This document shows, piece after piece, positions 26,630-39,953 of a stretch of 64,000 bases of DNA. The notes beneath the pieces are model-generated. The model was not told the origin of the DNA. It ran no database searches and saw nothing but the letters and a program-made list of their open reading frames with translations. The stretch is from Octopus vulgaris (Eukaryota). How positions within the stretch are numbered: the stretch's first letter is position 1; each line of letters opens with the position of its first letter. The position numbers and the translations under genes were made by a program. The DNA is taken from positions 4,960,001 through 5,024,000 of the forward strand of contig OX597842.1 of NCBI GenBank assembly GCA_951406725.2, written 5' to 3'.

Positions 26630-28473
26630 GGAATAGGTAGTTATGTGCTACATTGTATTTTGAAGTGAGCATTGAATGCATATTGCATAACTCATGTGCT
26701 ATATATATGTCCAGTGTTCTTCCTCATCAGAAACTTGCTACCTGTCACTTAGAAATTCTTTGATCAGACAGAACAATAGTTACATAGCTCCTTAAATTAT
26801 GTAAGTTTTGCAATATTTTGATTACTAATTTGCTTCATTCATCAGATTACAACAAAACATTCTAAATAGAGACCATCGTGTTGCACCATCTGAAGTCACC
26901 ATTCTTCCAGTTCTTTGATACCATGCTGACACCAGTTTGTGTCCCTTGAGGGTAAGAAGTCCTTCACTGAAGCTTCTACCTGCTCTGGGTTGAGTGTAGG
27001 AAATGAGGTATGGGACCAGAACAAGTAACAATACAAGGGAGATATTTTTCTGCAGTCCTAACATGTATTAGCAGTGGTTAAAAAAGAGCCAGCTTCTGGA
27101 ATCTATCACCAAACATGGGCATTTCAAACACTGACAGTTGTATAAATGTCTTGATTTCAAAAGTTCTGAACATACACCAGCAATGCAGGGCGTTCTCCAT
27201 CTCCGTCACTTTCATCTCGACAATGGCTTTCTCTGCCACCACCATCACCATCATTGTCCTTCAACTTTAGAAATATGTACACAGCACTCACTCAGGTTTA
27301 GCTTTCTCACTGTTGTGATTTTTACCGAGGTTAACAGCTTAGCCCAACCTGTAAGAATTCCTGGACACAGCATTGAAGCCCCAACCGCAACACGACGTGT
27401 GTTCAACCGGCATTCTGCCTTGTGACCCCAACATCCTGTTACAGAACAAACTGCTATTATGTACCTTACTATGAACTGGTAAACTAATTCCATCTTGTCT
27501 AAAATATGCTGAGACTCTTTCCTATGCTCTGTATTCTGTTTTATACGCATACACCTTGTTTGTACTTCTGTCGCACAGACACAAACACTTGTCGGATGTA
27601 CACACACTCCACTTTGCTAGCACTCACACACACTCTCATTGTACACATTTGTAAATAAAGTCTTTTTCTCTCAAACAGTAGAATGGTTGTTGTCCTCATT
27701 AATCCTTTGGCACTTTATTCTTTTATACCATGTATTTTGGTTTATTCTTTGTTGGGACGATCGTGCGGTGTTTAAAGGAGATGTTTCCGTCACCAACTCC
27801 TTACGCACAGTCATATTCCCTACACTGTGTACAATGAGAGAGTGTGTGAGTGCTAGCAAAAGATGGAGTGTCTGTGTGCATGCGACAAGTGTTTGTGTCT
27901 GTGTTCGTGTGCGCGATAGAAGTACAAATAAGGTGTATGCAGAATAAAATACTGAGCAGAGAATGAGTCTCTCAGCATATTGAGTTAAGATGGAGTTAGT
28001 TTACCAGTTCGTAAGTGAGGTACACAATAGTAATAGTTGTGTAACAGGATGTTGGGGTCACAAGGCAGAATGCCAGTTGAACACATGTCATGTAGTGGTT
28101 GAGGCTTCTTGATACAGGAATTCTTACAGGTTGAGCTAAGTTGTTAACCGCAGTGAAAATCACAACAGTGAGAAAGCTAAACCTGAGCGGGTGCTGTGAA
28201 GATATGTTCCTAACACTAGCTTAATGATAACTAAATTATTTTACTAAATTCTTTCTTACATTTAAAATTAATTGAAAGAGACACAGAGCATCTCAACAGA
28301 AATATGGTAACAAAAGGGTTAAGGAACTACATAATTCATTGTTCTTTCTAATCAAAGGAATTGTAAGTGACAGGTAGCAAGAATCTGATGAGGAAGAACA
28401 CTGGACACATTAAAGTTATGCAATATGCATTCAATGCTCACTTCAAAATACAATGTAGCTCATAACTATTCCA
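26630..28473. repeat. Outer inverted repeat (arms ~26630-26795 and ~28319-28473)
   Basis: The arms are reverse complements (gctacattgtattttgaagtgagcattgaatgcatattgcataac / gttatgcaatatgcattcaatgctcacttcaaaatacaatgtagc). Confidence 0.88.
27280..28198. mobile_element. Foldback element with ~370-bp diverged inverted arms and ~180-bp spacer
   Basis: 27280-27647 is the approximate reverse complement of 27826-28198. Confidence 0.85.
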
Positions 28474-28829
28474 TTCCTTTCATGACTTCAAGTATGTAAT
28501 TTCAGCCAATGACTTGGGCTCCTTTTATTGAGCTTGGTTGCAGTTCAACATCTGGCAGTCATTTTAGAGGTGCCCTGTGTCAAAAAATATCATTCGTAGC
28601 AGATGTCCTCTCGACATCATTCACACATGCCTGACACAGGTTGAGAAGTTGTTATCTATGATCATAAAAATTAAAAGTAATTCAAATTCAATGTTTTCTT
28701 GAAACAATAAATTTCTATAGAAATTAGGATTTAAATTCCAATCTGTGAAAAGTAGTGCTAGATTTTAAAAAATAAGCCATTTGGGGCAAGAAATAAAGTG
28801 GAAAAACGTGAAATTCTTTGAGTGTCTTG

Positions 28830-29455
28830 TGCAAAATCTGTGATGAGCCCAAGGAATGCTGATGACCTGGAGTTACCTCTGGCATATATATATATTTCCT
28901 TGAAAATCCTAAATGAAGTGAAAAGTCACAGAGCTGTGAAGAAGGATAAATTAAGATAAAAGGAGGAAAACAACGAGATGGAAGAGTTCCAAAATCTGGC
29001 AGTTTAAGAAAAAAGCTACAACTGTAGAAAGACTTCCTTATTTGCAGAAGCACAACAGCATTTGAGTGAAAATGTTGTGAGTTTCTAGTGAGGTGAGATG
29101 ATACAAAGTGATCTAGGACTGAGAAAGTTCATCAGAACACTTCCTGTGGTAATTGAAGATTAAGACTGGCAACATCACGTCAATGTCATGAGGGTTGCAA
29201 AGCTGAAGCAAGAGAGGGACCGATCAAATTAGAGACTCACTTCTGAACCTGGTTAAAAAGATCCAAGTGACAAGATGACGCACCTGTTCAAATATGGTAA
29301 CAGTATTCCATACAAGGATGAATTAGTTTCAGATGTGAGGTAGTCCTTTGACCTATACAGTGACCCCACATTACAGGAAGCAGGCCTACCAATTAACTGC
29401 ATGAAGGAACCCCAAGAAAGATCAAGTGAGAAAGCAAGACCAAGCAATTTCAAAG
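28830..29455 (-). mobile_element. Old LINE RT C-terminal remnant
   Basis: KLLGLAFSLDLSW..VGSLYRSKDYL..LY resembles the post-RT region of jockey/CR1-group LINEs. Confidence 0.6.
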
Positions 29456-29491
29456 ATATATATATATATATATAAAAGAAATGGGTTGAGG

Positions 29492-29567
29492 TTCACTACA
29501 ACTGTTTCAGATGTGTTTTGATGAACAAATCAAGAACCTCATGAAAGAAACGTTTTCTTTAGGTGAA
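29492..29567 (-). ncRNA. Degenerate hammerhead motif
   Basis: Minus strand reads ttcac-CTAAAGA-aaacg..catct-GAAA-cagttg-TA-gtgaa. Confidence 0.55.
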
Positions 29568-30804
29568 TAAAATTTTAAATCCAAAATTTAACATTTAAAA
29601 TTTGGCTCCTTCCATCTCTGACGTTCAGAGAATGAATTTGCAAATCAAAGCTTGACCTTATACAGGAGAATGGATTATAAACATGCCAACAGATTAAGCT
29701 ATTAAAAAGTCATTAATGGGGAGGGGGTCAGTGAAACAGATAATGAGATGAAATACGCTAACACCAGCACCATTTTCAAGACAAATATCATCACACTCAT
29801 TCAATGACAACAGACAATTCACAGATACAGACAGAAACAAGTCAAATGAAGAAGTCATAAATCAAACAAGCATAAACAATAAAAGTAAAATAGAAATCAA
29901 CATACATGGCTATGTTTATATACACAAATATAGATGAGACATCATGCAATATAAACCAATCATCTATACTTTCACATTACAGCTGGTTCCACTTATGCTC
30001 TATTTTTTCCTCCAAGCATCTGTCCATCCCATTTTCTAGTGAGAAGGTAGTCAATCTGCCCACCAAACTGATATATGATCAGCTGACTGACTGGTTTCTG
30101 ACCAAGAGGTAATTTACATCACAGAATTCCAAAGAGCCTTGTTAGCTTCTCATTTATAGGACTCTGTCTTTCATTTTCTTTATTGTGAGGCTTAACATCT
30201 TGAGATCAGTCTCCACTACTTTGTCTCACCTTCTTCAGTCCCCTCCGCCACCACCATCCACATTTAGCAATTGGCACTTCTTTATAAAACTGTTCTCATC
30301 TGTATGCATTACATTGCCAGTCTTCTCTCTTTCACACCACATCTGATTCCCCCATGCCTTATTTTTTCCTCAAAGCATCAGTCCATCCCATTTTCTGGTG
30401 AGAATGTAGTCAATATGGCTTGGGTACCCACCACAGTGAGCACGCAAGAAACCAGCCAGTCACCTGACAGATGATCAGGTAATTGACTGGTTTCTTGAAG
30501 TTAGACCAGAAGGTAACTTACATCACGAGATTTCAAGAGCTTTGTTCACTCTTCATTTGTTGGACTCTAACCTCTATGTATACCTTGGAATACATTGGGT
30601 TCCTGCTCAACATATCTTTTGATGTCACCATTCATCATCAAAGTAATCTGCAAGAGGGCTTCATAACATCAGTCCTTTTGTTCATCTGCCAGGTCACACT
30701 GCAGAACATATGCGAAGATAAATGTTGCTGTTGTATTTTCCCAGACTAGTTTAAGCTAAATTATCATATCACACACTCTAACTGCCTTGATCACTTTAGC
30801 TTAG

Positions 30805-31030
30805 CTTTTATTTGTTTCATTCATTAAACTGCAGCCATGTTGGGGTCCTGCCTTGATGAATTGAGCTCAGTACTTATTTTTTAAGTTTCCTTCTGCCAAA
30901 TCCACTCACAAGGCTTTGGTCAACCTGAGGATATAGTAGAAGACATAGGATCAAAGTGCCATGCAGTAGAACTGAACCTGGAACCATGTGAGCGGGAACC
31001 TTTTTATTATACAGCTACATCTGCACCTAT
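30805..31030 (-). mobile_element. Degenerate, internally deleted SINE family A
   Basis: ccaaatccactcacaaggctttggtc..tatagtagaagaca. Confidence 0.75.
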
Positions 31031-31210
31031 TTACCCATTTCTCAGCCTAAAGTATGCACACACCCACTACTGCCTACCTAAAAGAATTTCTCTCTTTCTT
31101 CATGGGCTACAACGAGTCCAGCTGAAGCTCCCCTCCATCTTACCTCTTACACACTTCCATTCTAACATTCCAACTATCTCACCAGACCTGCTTTTCATTG
31201 TCTCTACATT

Positions 31211-31250
<40 letters not shown>

Positions 31251-31619
31251 GAGTAAAATATCTGACAGGCAGGCTGTCAACTAGTTTTACTATTAATGAG
31301 AGAACTCTGTAAATAGTGAAACAAGTCTGCAGCCATTATGATATTGTTAGCAATAACACGTATTTACATTCCAAATATATTCAGTAACTTTCTTTAAAAA
31401 ATTGTGGAATGTTTAATCACAGGATAAATATATCTAATATACACTCACACATACATATACATACAATGTGTATGTGTATACATATTTGAAAAAGGAAAAA
31501 AATGACTTCACTGGTAGTTTTAATCAATTCAATTTTTTGGTTTGTAAATCTCTTAAGTTCTTTAACTTTGGTGGAGAGATTTTTTAAAAGATTCCTGGTT
31601 AACTTTTTTGGAGAAAGGG

Positions 31620-31990
31620 CAGCAAATTTTGTATGCATAACTCTTGGGACATCAGAATGGTCTGCACATAACCATCTGTCATTTCTTCTGTTAACTTTTT
31701 GATCTTGGTCAAAGTTTTTCTTGTCTGAGAAAAACCAAATCAAATCTTCTGGATTTTTCAGTTTGTTTAAGAGCCTTTTAGACCTGATGTAGTGATTTTC
31801 TTTTGCATTTTCTGACATAAATTGTCCATCATATAAGACTTGTATCTGATGTCTTTATGGACAACATTTCTGACTGTCCCTACTGGCACATGGAAACCTT
31901 TTGCAATTGGCCTCATGGATTTTCTGGGAATGTAATCGATGGTCTGTTGAACTTGCTGGATACATTCAAGTGTTTCTGATGATTTCAGAG
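31620..31990 (-). mobile_element. Tc1/mariner-superfamily (DD37D-like) transposase fragment
   Basis: LIWFFSDKKNFDQDQKVNRRNDRWLC..VPRVMHTKF and PRKSMRPIAK..TVRNVVHKDIRYKSY. Confidence 0.8.
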
Positions 31991-32508
31991 CATTTAGAAT
32001 GCTTTTTACACTCTGATACTGGTTACTGTGCCATAAAAGCACACCAATAATGTGATGCAGAATGGTTGGTTGTCTATTCGACTGCCGTCCCCCACCCATC
32101 TTCCCACCTTTTATCCACAATAGCATATTTAACAATGTACATTTAGTTTTGTATCATTACAACATCCCCCTTTACTTGAATCAATTCACAGACTAATAAA
32201 ACTGACAAATGAAAATAGGGTTTCTTCTCACTCAAAGAAATAAAAAAACAACAATAAACTGTTTTGTTGCAAGAGCAATAAGCAACATGCACTTCAAATA
32301 ACATGAACAGTTTTATGGCGCAAAGTTTTTGTAGTGCTCTGGTGTTTTCATTGTTCTGCCTGATCTTATGATTCTTTGGGGACTGGTGTAGGATCTCAGT
32401 GGGTGATGGCATCTTTGGGTTTAATGGTGTGGCTCTTAGATTCAACAATGCATTGTTTACGTCTTCCTTGCTTTATTCCCATTTTGGGATTGTCTTTTTA
32501 AATGTCTA

Positions 32509-32875
32509 ATCTCTACTATAATTGAGAAAGCTGCTTATTAATTAGGTATGTAACAATTACTAAAAGAAAGCAATTATTAAAGGGTTGACCGTCTGGAAAT
32601 ATTTTTATAAATTCATCTTCTAAGAAAGTTCCTATAATTTTGATTTCTCAAGTTTATTGAATTTTTTAAACTCCAATTTCTCACAAATTTAAATATTCAC
32701 TGTGTCTAATTCATTACAAATTTAAATATTCATTGCATTCCCTGCAGAGTATTCCATTTTAAGTTTTTATTCGCTATTAATGTATACGTAATGTAGAAAC
32801 ATTATCTATTGAATGAAAATTTTTTAAAATACCCAAATAATTTTTGAACGTGGGAAAGCTGTGAGAAGAGCCTAG
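32509..32875 (+). mobile_element. Possible non-autonomous Helitron
   Basis: Starts a|tctctactataat and ends ..cctag; termini only. Confidence 0.4.
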
Positions 32876-33994
32876 AAAGTTGGATAATTACTATTAGAAG
32901 ACGAGAAAAAAAAAAGTTACTGTCAGGTATTCGAAACTTGCATGTTATTCAGTTTCCAAACTCAACTTCAACAGTGACACACAGATACGCATGCACACAA
33001 ATGAAAGGCAATGAAGGTGTATGCGTGTGTGTATGTGTGCATGCAAACACATACAATTTCTGTTTCTTTGTCATTATATTAATTTCATATTATGTTCTGT
33101 ACTTGCATAACACTTTATTCTGAAGCAGCATATATACATTGAGTTCTAACATCAGGTTATTAGTATTGCTATGACTAAGTGAAATTACGAAATACAAAAA
33201 CTTCACTCTCAGAAAGTTGTAACAAGTAATAATCTGAAACACCTCTCATCAGCTATAGGGACCAGAACCAATGTATTTCTGAACACTTGTGGATGTGGCA
33301 ATGATGGTAACACATCACTGAAATACTGGATGTTATAACACACAATATCTGAGAAAACAAAGGACAACTTATGAGTGAGATGGAAAATTAAGGACAAATA
33401 TACTAATTATACAATAGAATGACAGAGGCAGTATTAATACCAAAAATGTAAAATATTCACCACTTAAAAGTGGATGCTGTGTTAGAATACACAAATACTG
33501 CAGTATCTACCAAGTGAGAAAACTCTCATATAGTTATATGGTGCATAAAAGCACATCATAGCTATTACCAATGGCAGACAATCACCACTACTTTAGCTGC
33601 CTGTTCAATGTCAAAAGATCAACTTTGTTTTTTGACTTGGCACAAGAATAGAACAACCATTAAAGAAAGTAGTGCAAATGGAAGAACAGAGATATGAATT
33701 TTGGTGGAGTAGGAGGTAGATGAAAGAAGGCATGAGAAAAGAAAGGGAAAGAGTCAGTGACAGCAGGTGGTAAAAAAAAAAGAGAGAGAGAGAAAGGAAA
33801 TTAGAGAGAAAGACACAGGTAATAAGAAGGTGAATAACAAGATAGGAACATGATTTATAAACAGTATTAATGAGAGCATGTGAACCAGACGAAGATTAGT
33901 GTCAGAAAGTTCACATCTCTCTCTATCTCTCTCTCTATATATATATATCTATACACACACACACATATACATACATATATATATATATATACAC

Positions 33995-34024
<30 letters not shown>

Positions 34025-34026
<2 letters not shown>

Positions 34027-34622
34027 GAGGGGAAGTCTAAAATTATCCACATTTTCACCATAACATATCTTTAATGACTGCTCCATTAGCAAAGTGCACC
34101 AAAGAAGAACAAAGAGCAGTGATCCAACTTTTCTAGAAACGATCAACAGTGCAAGATACAGTGCTTTGCTGGCCAACAAACCGAAGCCAGCAATTCGCAC
34201 CAAATGCTGCAATCTATTATCGGAGACAGTTTTGTTGTTGCATGACAATGCACACCCACACACAGCCTCCCAGACAGTTGAAACCATTAACCAATTGAGT
34301 TTTGAGGTTCTTGGAAGACCCTACCAAAATAGCCCAGACCTCGTCCCTTCCAACTATCATATCTTTGGACCACTCCAAGATGGTTTATGAAGTTGTTGAT
34401 CTCCTACGGATGAAGATTTGAAGGAATCGGTGCATAAATGGTTGCATGACCAACTGAAAATCTTCTTCTTGGAGGGAATACGCAAGCTTGTGGACCCCTG
34501 GACCAAGTGCATCAAAAAGGAAGGAGACTATATAGAAAAATGATGTACTTGTTTATTCCCTGCTTTTGTATAAATATACTGAAAAAACAAGGGTGCATAT
34601 AATTTCTGACACCCCCCTTATA
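34025..34622 (+). mobile_element. Internally deleted mariner with both TIRs
   Basis: TIRs cgaggggaagtctaaaattatccac / gtgcatataatttctgacacccccctta; LLLHDNAHPH..SPDLVPSNYHIF..WTKCIKKEGDYIEK. Confidence 0.92.
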
Positions 34623-35784
34623 CATATACCAGCTGACGCTCCCGATAATTCCTGGGAAAGCAGGGCTTATCCCTTGGTTCCATTCTCATAATTGTTTTGC
34701 TAAACCAGTAACAACAATACAAAGTATGGAGCTGTTAAATCGGTTTTTGTGCTTTTGTTGATGGAAACTTGTACATCTTCATATTTTTTTCTTTTCATTA
34801 TACAGCATAATTAGTTCAAACGACTGAAATATGTTTCTGCTGCATAGAATATGTACAGTTGCATATGCAACCTGCAATATTCTGCTCTGCACCTTCATTC
34901 AAGGTCTTTTTACAACTGTGGTCTGATGCAAACTGAGTTTAAGTATGGGTAGCTTATACTTTTATTTTACTCTAGTTTAAGATAAAAAAGGAAAGTGAAA
35001 GGGAGATATTGAGTCTGGGCTGTTGGCAGGGTGTTCCAGCACCTAAAAACTCAATATGGCTATAAAATTTACTTAGTCTATCTCTGACTGAACCCACAGC
35101 CATGTGGTTGGGAAGCAAACTTCTTACAGACACTGAAAGTTCACTTTCTCTTGAACATCAAGTGGTCTGACTGTCCCCAGTAACTCCATGCTGGAATGAC
35201 TAATTAGCCAGAGTATCGCCTAATCATCAAACATTACCTTTGACGGACTGGCCATGTCATCACGATGAATAGACAGGAGTTACAGAATAGACATTAAAGA
35301 ATAGCTGAAGTCAACTGTGAAGCAGGTTAGCTTTGATCTAACTTTTGAAATGACTGTTACCACCTGTCCCAACTACCAACAAAATATAAACAATAACGCA
35401 ATACTGTTTGAAAGAAAAAGAATAAAAAAAGGTCAGGCAGCAGCAACCACAACCAACTCTGACATTCACATGGAGCCAATGTAATAGCAGGTTCTATTAT
35501 TAATGACCTGTAGGGACAGTATTTTGTTATGCAACCATAATATACTACAAATTCTATTAAATGCTTTAATAAGTCTGTGCTCTGCTGTGTTAGCAGTGCC
35601 ATTACAACACTCGTTAAGGTTATCTCCACAGATTTTTCTATGACCAGCACCAATTTTGTTGTTTCATATCCAAGATCAGAGATGAAAAATGGGTAATGGG
35701 TGTATATGGAATATATGTATACACACCCACCCAATCAATCAATCAATCAATCAATCAACATCTATCTATCTATCTATTGATCGA

Positions 35785-35839
<55 letters not shown>

Positions 35840-35856
35840 TTAGTTGATAGCTTCCA

Positions 35857-36951
35857 TTACCTAGGTGACCAAGTCAATAGTGGGGAAGAGTGCGCTGAAA
35901 ATGTAGCTGCTAGAATAAGAATAGCTTGGGCAAAGTTCAGAGAGCTCTTACCCCTGCTGGTGACAAAGGGCCTCTCGATCAGAGTAAAAGGTAGACTGTA
36001 TGACGCATGTGTACAAACAGCCATGCTACATGGCAGTGAAACATGGGCCGTGATTGCTGAGGACATGCATAAGCTTGCAATTAATGAAGCCAGTATGCTC
36101 TGCTGGATGTGTAATGTCAGTGTGCATACTCGACAGAGTGTAAGTACCATGAGAGAAAAGTTGGACCTAAGAAGGATGAGATGTGGTGTGCAAGAGAGAC
36201 GACTGCACTGGTATGGTCATGTGGCGAGAATGGATGAAGATAGTTGTGTGAAAAAGTGCCACACCCTAGCAGTTGAGGGAACCTGTGGAAGAGGTAGACC
36301 CAGGAAGACCTGGGATAAAGTGGTGAAGCACGGCCTTTGAACTTTAGGCCTCACCAAGGAAATGACTAGTGACCAAGACTTATGGAAATATGCTGTGCTT
36401 GAGAAGATCTGGCAAGCCAAATGAGACCATAACCTCATGGCCTATGCCAGGAGCGTAACCAGCCCACTTATGCATACCTTTTCCTTCTTTGGACACTAAA
36501 TTCTGCTTGTGAAGACCTTTTGAGGCAAGTGAAATCTGAAATCAAAATAAAAATCAAATTCGATGACTGGCATCCATGCTAGTAGAGCGCTAAGAGCACC
36601 ATCCGAGAGTGATCGTTGCCAGAGCAGCTAACTGGCTCCTGTGCCAGTGGCACGTAAAAGGCACCGTTCGAGCGTGATCGTTACCAGCATCGCCTTACTG
36701 GCACCTGTGCCGGTGGCATGTGTAAAAAGATTCAAGCGAGGTAGTTGCCAGAACCTCCTGACTGGCCCCCGTGCCAGTAAAAGCACCCACTACACCCTTG
36801 GAGTGGTTGGTGTTAGGAAGGGCATCCAGCTGTAGAAACTCTGCCAGATCAAGATTGGAGCCTGGTGTAGCCATCTGGTTTGCCAGCCCTCAGTCAAATC
36901 ATCCAACCCATGGTAGCATGGAAAGCGGACGTTAAACGATGATGATGATGA
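35857..36951 (+). mobile_element. 5'-truncated RTE LINE (ORF C-terminus, 3' UTR, (GAT)n tail)
   Basis: KGRLYDACVQTAMLHGSETW..RLHWYGHVARM..GRGRPRKTW. Confidence 0.93.
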
Positions 36952-36954
36952 ATG

Positions 36955-36987
<33 letters not shown>

Positions 36988-37549
36988 GCATTGACTTGTC
37001 CTTCAGATCCAAGGATCAATTTCTCCTCCTGGATGAATATTTGGACCATTAATGTTGGTGACAAATGTGGCTAATCCTCACACAGGACATGCTTTGTTAA
37101 GGTTATCTCCACAGATTTTCTATAGAAATTACAGCCAGCACTCATTTGTTACAATGTTTCATATCCAAATATGTCTAATGTAAATCACAAGATTGAAGAT
37201 AGGAAAATAAATAGGGAATGGGCGTTATATGCAATATTTCAAGAGTTCTTGCTTCTTCAGCACCACATGCAACCCATTAGCCATGAACAAACTCATTGCT
37301 TAATCACTAAATATAGCAGTATAATGTTATTGGATGTACCAATTTTACACATTAAACACATCGCTGGTGTATAGAAATTCTGTAGAGGTAACCTTAAAAA
37401 GTGATTGAATGGCACTGCTAACATGGTAGGACACAATATTGACTTTAACCCTTTAATATACTTGCTGATATATTATGGCTGCATAACTAAATATGGTGTC
37501 CTTACAAGTATTTAGTATATATGTGTGTGTGTGTGTGTGTGTGTATAAA

Positions 37550-38143
37550 TAGACAATTGCAACAGATGGATTGTGGTTCACTATAGCTGTTTCAGACATG
37601 TTTTTTATTAATGAACAGAAGAGTTACATCATGGATAAAAACCAAGTGAATACAGGTAGGAATTAGTAATTAGAACTTCTTAAGAACAAGTACATATTGC
37701 CAGATGACTCAGGTGACCCAAATTTGGTCAGAGTGAAAATTATAAGTATCAAGTTTATAATGAGGAATTTGCTAAAGGGCCTGGATCAGGGAGGGAAGTA
37801 GATTGAGAAGCATAAGGGAAGTGGAGAAAGAAAGACTGAAGAAGAGAGATGAAGTGAGTGCATGATTTTGTTTGACCTGGAAAAGACCCTGTAAATAAAG
37901 AATGGTAATTTCTAAATAGTTACTTGTCATAAACTTGATGCTAGCTTAAACTTTGCACACTGAGATCAAATTTGGATTGCCAGGGTCATCTGGCATTATG
38001 TACTTGTTCTTAAGAAGTTCTAATTGTTAATTATTACCTGTATTCAGTTGATGAAAAGGTTTTATTTTTGTATGATGTTCATCAATAAAGAACATGTTTG
38101 AAACAGCTGTAGTGAACCACAAACCATCTGTTGTTATTGTTTC
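37550..38143. mobile_element. Inverted-arm element carrying degenerate hammerheads in both arms
   Basis: Arms ~37550-37765 and ~37918-38143; right arm ttcag-TTGATGA..GAAA-cagctg-TA-gtgaa (38043-38116). Confidence 0.75.
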
Positions 38144-38404
38144 TCCTTCACCTAACTCGGAACTGACAATTTGTTTGGAGTACAATAGGTGCAGTGAGTG
38201 TGATATTGATGACTCATTGTATATTCAGTCAGCCATTTGTGAATGTATGCGTTACTGGAGAATAAATTTGTGTTTACTTTGGTGAATATGTATTCATTGT
38301 TAGACATTGGTTTCTACACAACAGTGCTACAACTGACTTGACCTTGGTGTTTTCTCTATTTAAATACCGGATTCTCCTGAATCCTCAAAATTTTTTAAAC
38401 ATAC

Positions 38405-38437
<33 letters not shown>

Positions 38438-38440
<3 letters not shown>

Positions 38441-38810
38441 TAGACTTCCTGTGACACATTGGGTCACCAGGAAACTCTGAGTTTCTCAGCAATGGAGTTT
38501 TATTTCGTGTTTTTTTCTTTTCTTTTCTAGTTTATTTTGTATGCTTTCAACAAATGTGACATTGAAATCACATGTAAACAGCTCCTTTCCCCAGAAAAGG
38601 AAAGATTTGGCTTCTATTTCTTGCACACCCTGCTGCCACGTAACAGCTATTTCGGGTCCTTTATTGCAAATAGCTGTTACATGGTAGCAGGGCATGCTAG
38701 AAATAGCAGTCAAATCTCTAAATAGCAGCCAAATGCTAAAATAATTTTATCATGAAGAACATTTTAGTATATTCTATACAGGGAATACATGTCTCTGATC
38801 TATAAACTAT
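38438..38810 (-). mobile_element. Possible non-autonomous Helitron-like element
   Basis: CTAG terminus next to hairpin ttcctgtgac-acattgg-gtcaccaggaa; far boundary uncertain. Confidence 0.45.
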
Positions 38811-39423
38811 ATATATGTGTGTGTGTGTATACATATATATATATAATAAATTAATAAATAAAACATATGCATATATACATATATGTACGAACCTACATCT
38901 ACATGTATATATACATGCATATATGGGTACAGGACACCAAAAAAAACGTCAAACACAATGAGAAACAAAAACAAACACAAAACCAAGGAACTGGACATTT
39001 TTCTTAAACAACGAAAAAATAGTATACAGGACAAATAACACAAGGAAAATTCCCCTTCTTCAGTCGCCATGGTTTCATCTACTCTGCGTTTCGAAGGTGA
39101 AGGCGATGCGCATCTTCGATAGAAACTTTCCTTCCCACGAAAAGCAAATTAAATAAAATTTGAAATTTTTTGCGGAGGGGTAAAAATGGTGACAAAAACA
39201 GGACAGTAACGACAGTACAAAATATAAACAGTAAAAGACAGGACAAGGAGAATAACAAGACAAGAAGATATATATAGAGCTTATAGATCAGAGACAGGTA
39301 TTCTCGGTATAGAATACACTTCACAGTGCTCGAGAGATTTTAACTTGCACAATTAGAGTAAATGTAAGGAAAAGCAAGTTAGGTAAGTCCATATACAAAA
39401 AATATTAAATACATTTAATATAA

Positions 39424-39932
39424 TTTACATTATTTACATTGGACGGATATGTGTCCTCATCTTGTTTGTTGTTACCACAATGTTTTGGCTGATTTACTTT
39501 CCAGCTTTCATCAGGTATCCTGGGGAAATTTTGAACCCAACTCTGGGTTCTCATTTCTAACGTATTTTTTTGCTGGTGTTGTTGTTATTATTTATTCAAG
39601 GCACTGCCTGGAACTGAACTTGCAATCTTGAGGTTAGTAAATTTTAAAATTCACACTATAATTGTCCACAGGTATATAGAATAATAGTTAAGAGTGCGGG
39701 CCACTAACCCCAAGATTGCAAGTGCAATTCCTTGAATACATAATAACAACAACAACATCAGCAAAAAAATACCTTAGGAATGAGAACCCAGGGTTGGGTT
39801 CAAAATTTGACCAGGACACCTGATGAAGGCTGGAAAGTAAATCAGCCAAAACATAGTAATAAACAAGATGGCGACACATACCTGTCCAATGTAAATAATG
39901 TACAGAATTCCTCATCTCTAAAATATAGAACA
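39424..39932 (+). mobile_element. tRNA-headed, hammerhead-tailed SINE-like element with inverted 5' copy and 13-bp TSD
   Basis: TSD acatttaatataa at 39411-39423 and 39933-39945; arms ~39426-39639 and ~39703-39902; acac-CTGATGA-a-ggctg..cagcc-AAAA-ca at 39816-39853. Confidence 0.8.
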
Positions 39933-39953
39933 ACATTTAATATAAAAAGTGTA

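Noticed and set aside
28380-28420. CTGATGAG in the outer inverted arms (mirror at ~26722)
   Set aside because: No closing stem II or GAAA nearby
33205-33260. Minus-strand CTGATGA-gagg hammerhead candidate
   Set aside because: Followed by GAGA rather than GAAA, and no stem I partner
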